64,000 nt of DNA, from positions 163,433-227,432 of the forward strand of contig NIVC01001052.1 in the NCBI GenBank assembly GCA_002269645.1. Reading direction: 5' to 3'. Below, in pieces: positions 61,286-64,000 of this stretch; position 1 is the stretch's first letter, and each line of letters begins with the position of its first letter. Below the pieces are notes generated by a model. That model saw nothing but the letters and a program-made list of their open reading frames with translations, was not told where the DNA came from and ran no database searches. This stretch comes from Macrostomum lignano. Lineage: Eukaryota. A program made the translations under genes and the position numbers.

Positions 61286-62026
61286 TAGCTTTTGGCAGCC
61301 TATTTGGGCTTACGCGCATTTAATTTAATCCAAGATAGGTTTGCCAATGTAATGGAGCTTTGTCTATGGTAGCAAGGCTACCGCAGCGGCATTTAATTTG
61401 GTCTAACAAGCACCAATTTGGTCCAAATGCTTGTGAGCCAATGGCAAACTCTTGCCTTCTTGCAACTGCCTAAGGGAATGTCAGCGTCTGTACCAGCAAT
61501 TTCCAGTCGCTTTCCAGAGCTCTGCTGATAGTCCAAATCTGATAACCAACTGGAACTGTTCCTTCAACTGCTGCTGCATTTTCTGCAACGTCAACAAAGG
61601 GTTCGTCTCAATTGCATTAAGTAGCAGTTGGACCTGAGTCTCTAGCAACTTGCCTTGGCGATTGCCACCTTACCACAGGCGACCTATGCCAGAAGTGGTT
61701 TCAACACGCTGATGGATTGCTGTAAACCATCTTTCTTCTATATTCAGCAGCCTTGCAATGTCCTTTGGGTGTTCACCTCTGTTGAGTGCTTTGATGACAA
61801 GCCAGTGGCACACGTTCGACAACCTAGCATGGTTCACAATTCTGGGGCTGGTGTTGCTCCTCCGCAACAGTTGAAAATGAAGCTATGGACCAAATTGATG
61901 CTTGTTGGACCAAATTAAATGGCGCTGTGGCAGTCTTGCTACCATAGACAAAAGCTCTGTTGTATTGGCAAACGTATCTTGGATTGAATTAAATGCGCGT
62001 AAGCCCAAATAGGCTGCCAAAAGCTA
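61286..62026 (-). mobile_element. Internally deleted IS630/Tc1/mariner-superfamily element with ~150-bp TIRs
   Basis: TAGCTTTTGGCAGCCTATTTGGGCTTACGCGC.. is inverted at both ends and flanked by TA. The interior encodes an HTH-like N-terminus (VIKALNRGEHPKDIARLLNI..GGNRQGKL..NPLLTLQKMQQQL) with stops. Confidence 0.82.
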
Positions 62027-62421
62027 TAGTAAACAATCTATTGGGCATTCTTGTGAGTTTCGCTTCCTATAAGGAGCGAAGCGAGCATTAGGGCTTCCCT
62101 GACAATACGTTAATATCAGTCTCGGGACAAAGAGAGGACAGTGAACGCATACGTGACTTTGTCGTTTGGAGTTTGATTGTCCATGAAAAAGTCAAATTGC
62201 TTGGCGATTTCAGCTCTTAGTCTGTGGGGAATATGAACTCTGCTGGGCTCTTTGCAACATCAAATTGGACGCAGTGAACACCAAGTAGGCAACAAAAAAG
62301 ATATTTTGCGCGCCGAAGCTCTCCAGCTTTTTTCAAATTTTGTTGAACAACTTGTGAAACAAACCAGAGGAAATAGGCATGCTTTAATTTGATAATTAAA
62401 AGTTCAACAAGAAAGCATAAT

Positions 62422-62719
62422 ATAATAATTAATAATTGATTACACCTGCCCCAATTGGGCCAGATGTGCAACCGACTGCTCAGCCGCAGCTATTGCGCGG
62501 CGCATCTGAAGGCTGCGTACAGTCCAAGGACTGGGGGGTCGCCACACGCACCCTCAATTACCCCAGCTAATGCTGGCGCCCATTTTACAGCTGGGTGAAC
62601 TGAAGCAGTGTAGAGTTAAGTGTCTTGCTTAAGAACACAAATTGTTCCAGTGGGATCGGGAATCGAACCCCCAACCTTCAAGTCGTAAGTTCGACGCTCT
62701 AATCACTAGTCTACAACCG
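62422..62719 (-). mobile_element. tRNA-derived CORE-like SINE copy 4 (full length)
   Basis: Reverse complement matches 58386-58686 throughout. Confidence 0.92.
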
Positions 62720-63351
62720 CCTTCAAGAAGGGGGAACACCCTTCTACAAACCCCCTTCCTTGTGCTTCATTGTGCCTAACATTGTGCTTCAAAAAGAAAG
62801 CATTAGGTGTAAAAAATACTTCAACAATATCACATAATATTCTATTTATATTCTCCCTCATCGAACAGCTGTTGAGGCGCGGACTCGGGCTAAACTCAAT
62901 TTTGGGGGTTCAAATCAGTTCGGCCTTACCGATCCGAACCAACAAGCCCAAGCCGTTCAGGCGGTGTTCCCGCGGCCACTAAATTGGGGCTAATTCAATT
63001 CTGCCTCCTCGTATAGAGCGATACCCTAGGCCAGCTTTTGGCAGGGTCTGAACTCTGCAATCTTTTGTTTTTCTTGCGCTCGGTTCCGATTTGGGCGGAG
63101 ACAGTGGATTAAGGCAGTCCGGCCTTGCAAAGTTTACAGAAAGAAACATCTGAAGCGACAAACAAAGTACAAAGTGTGCAAGCAAACATGTCAAGTTCAA
63201 TGGCGAGCATAAGAATTCCACGGCTTTACACAAGAAACACAGGGCTGAGTACAAGGGCGTCGCCGTGGATTTTATTGTGGGGGGACAAAGCTGAGAATTC
63301 AACATGTACATGACTAAATTCCTAAATTTCCATTATTTTGAGAAATTTGCT

Positions 63352-63602
63352 GTCAGACTCAGCACTCATTTTAGCGCCGCAGCAGGCACTCATTTTAGCG
63401 CCGCAGCAGGCACTCATTTTGGCGCCGCAGGCACTCATTTTGGCACCGCTGGCACTCCTTTTAGCGCCGCAGGCACTCATTTTGGCACCGCAAGCATTCA
63501 TTTTGGCGCCGCAAGCACTCATTTTGGCGCCGCAGGCTCTCATTTTAGCGCCGCAGGCACTCATTTTGGCGCCACAGGCACTCATTTTAGAGCCGTAGGC
63601 AC
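63352..63602. repeat. 21/24-bp minisatellite (GCAGGCACTCATTTTGGCGCC)n
   Basis: Direct tandem units. Confidence 0.93.
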
Positions 63603-63799
63603 CATTATGGCGCCGAAGGCGCTATATTTTGGTGCCCTGAAGAAAAATTATTGATTATCACGAGTCACAAGGTGGGTGGGGGGACAAAGCATTGGCATTT
63701 CCCCATAGCTTTTACTGAGGGCCGAGGGGACATCTCCCCCTTGTCCCCCCCCCGGTGGCGACGCGCCTGGCTGAGTACGTGCGGCTCACCTGCAGTCAC

Positions 63800-64000
63800 A
63801 GCTCATGACTTAGCAATCAGCGATCCAAGAGTCACAGAATTTCAGTAATTCTCCTCCCAGTTTGACATCTCAGCAACTTTCCTATGAGCCTTGATTTCTC
63901 AGCAATTTTCCAAATGATTAACACCTTGACATCTCATCGATTCCCCTGTAAGTCATGACATCTCATAAATTCCCCCATGAAACCTTGACATCAAATGACA
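63800..64000. repeat. Degenerate edge of another 28-29 bp family array, continuing off the window
   Basis: TTGACATCTCAGCAACTTTCCTATGAGCCTTGA resembles the 28565-29925 unit. Confidence 0.6.

Overview
Eukaryotic (animal) nuclear DNA, not prokaryotic. GC/CpG-rich exons with polyQ/polyH tracts and introns packed with short tandem repeats resemble the flatworm Macrostomum; this is an inference and was not verified. Two host genes can be fully reconstructed. RGP1 (+, 4 exons, 28322-38453) gives 389 aa. HSDL2 (+, 5 exons, 44442-49985) gives 424 aa and includes one GC-AG intron. Partial unknown genes are also present. Much of the rest is mobile or tandem DNA: a near-intact RTEX-like LINE, RTE and Penelope fragments, four tRNA-derived CORE-like SINEs, Merlin, IS630/Tc1 and hAT non-autonomous elements, and more than a dozen minisatellite or microsatellite arrays. 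The most unusual object is a 6.4-kb hAT transposon (29934-36339, perfect 8-bp TSD) in RGP1 intron 1. Its transposase appears to be spliced in frame to an upstream ORF with a signal peptide and a lamin-tail-like domain. It also carries a third, internal end that delimits a MITE (a free copy lies at 25034-25330), a ~66-bp 28S rRNA-like segment covering the R2/I-PpoI target region, and a ~1-kb array of its own subterminal motif. The window alternates between CpG-free, TAGGCCTA-rich AT domains and CpG-rich islands.
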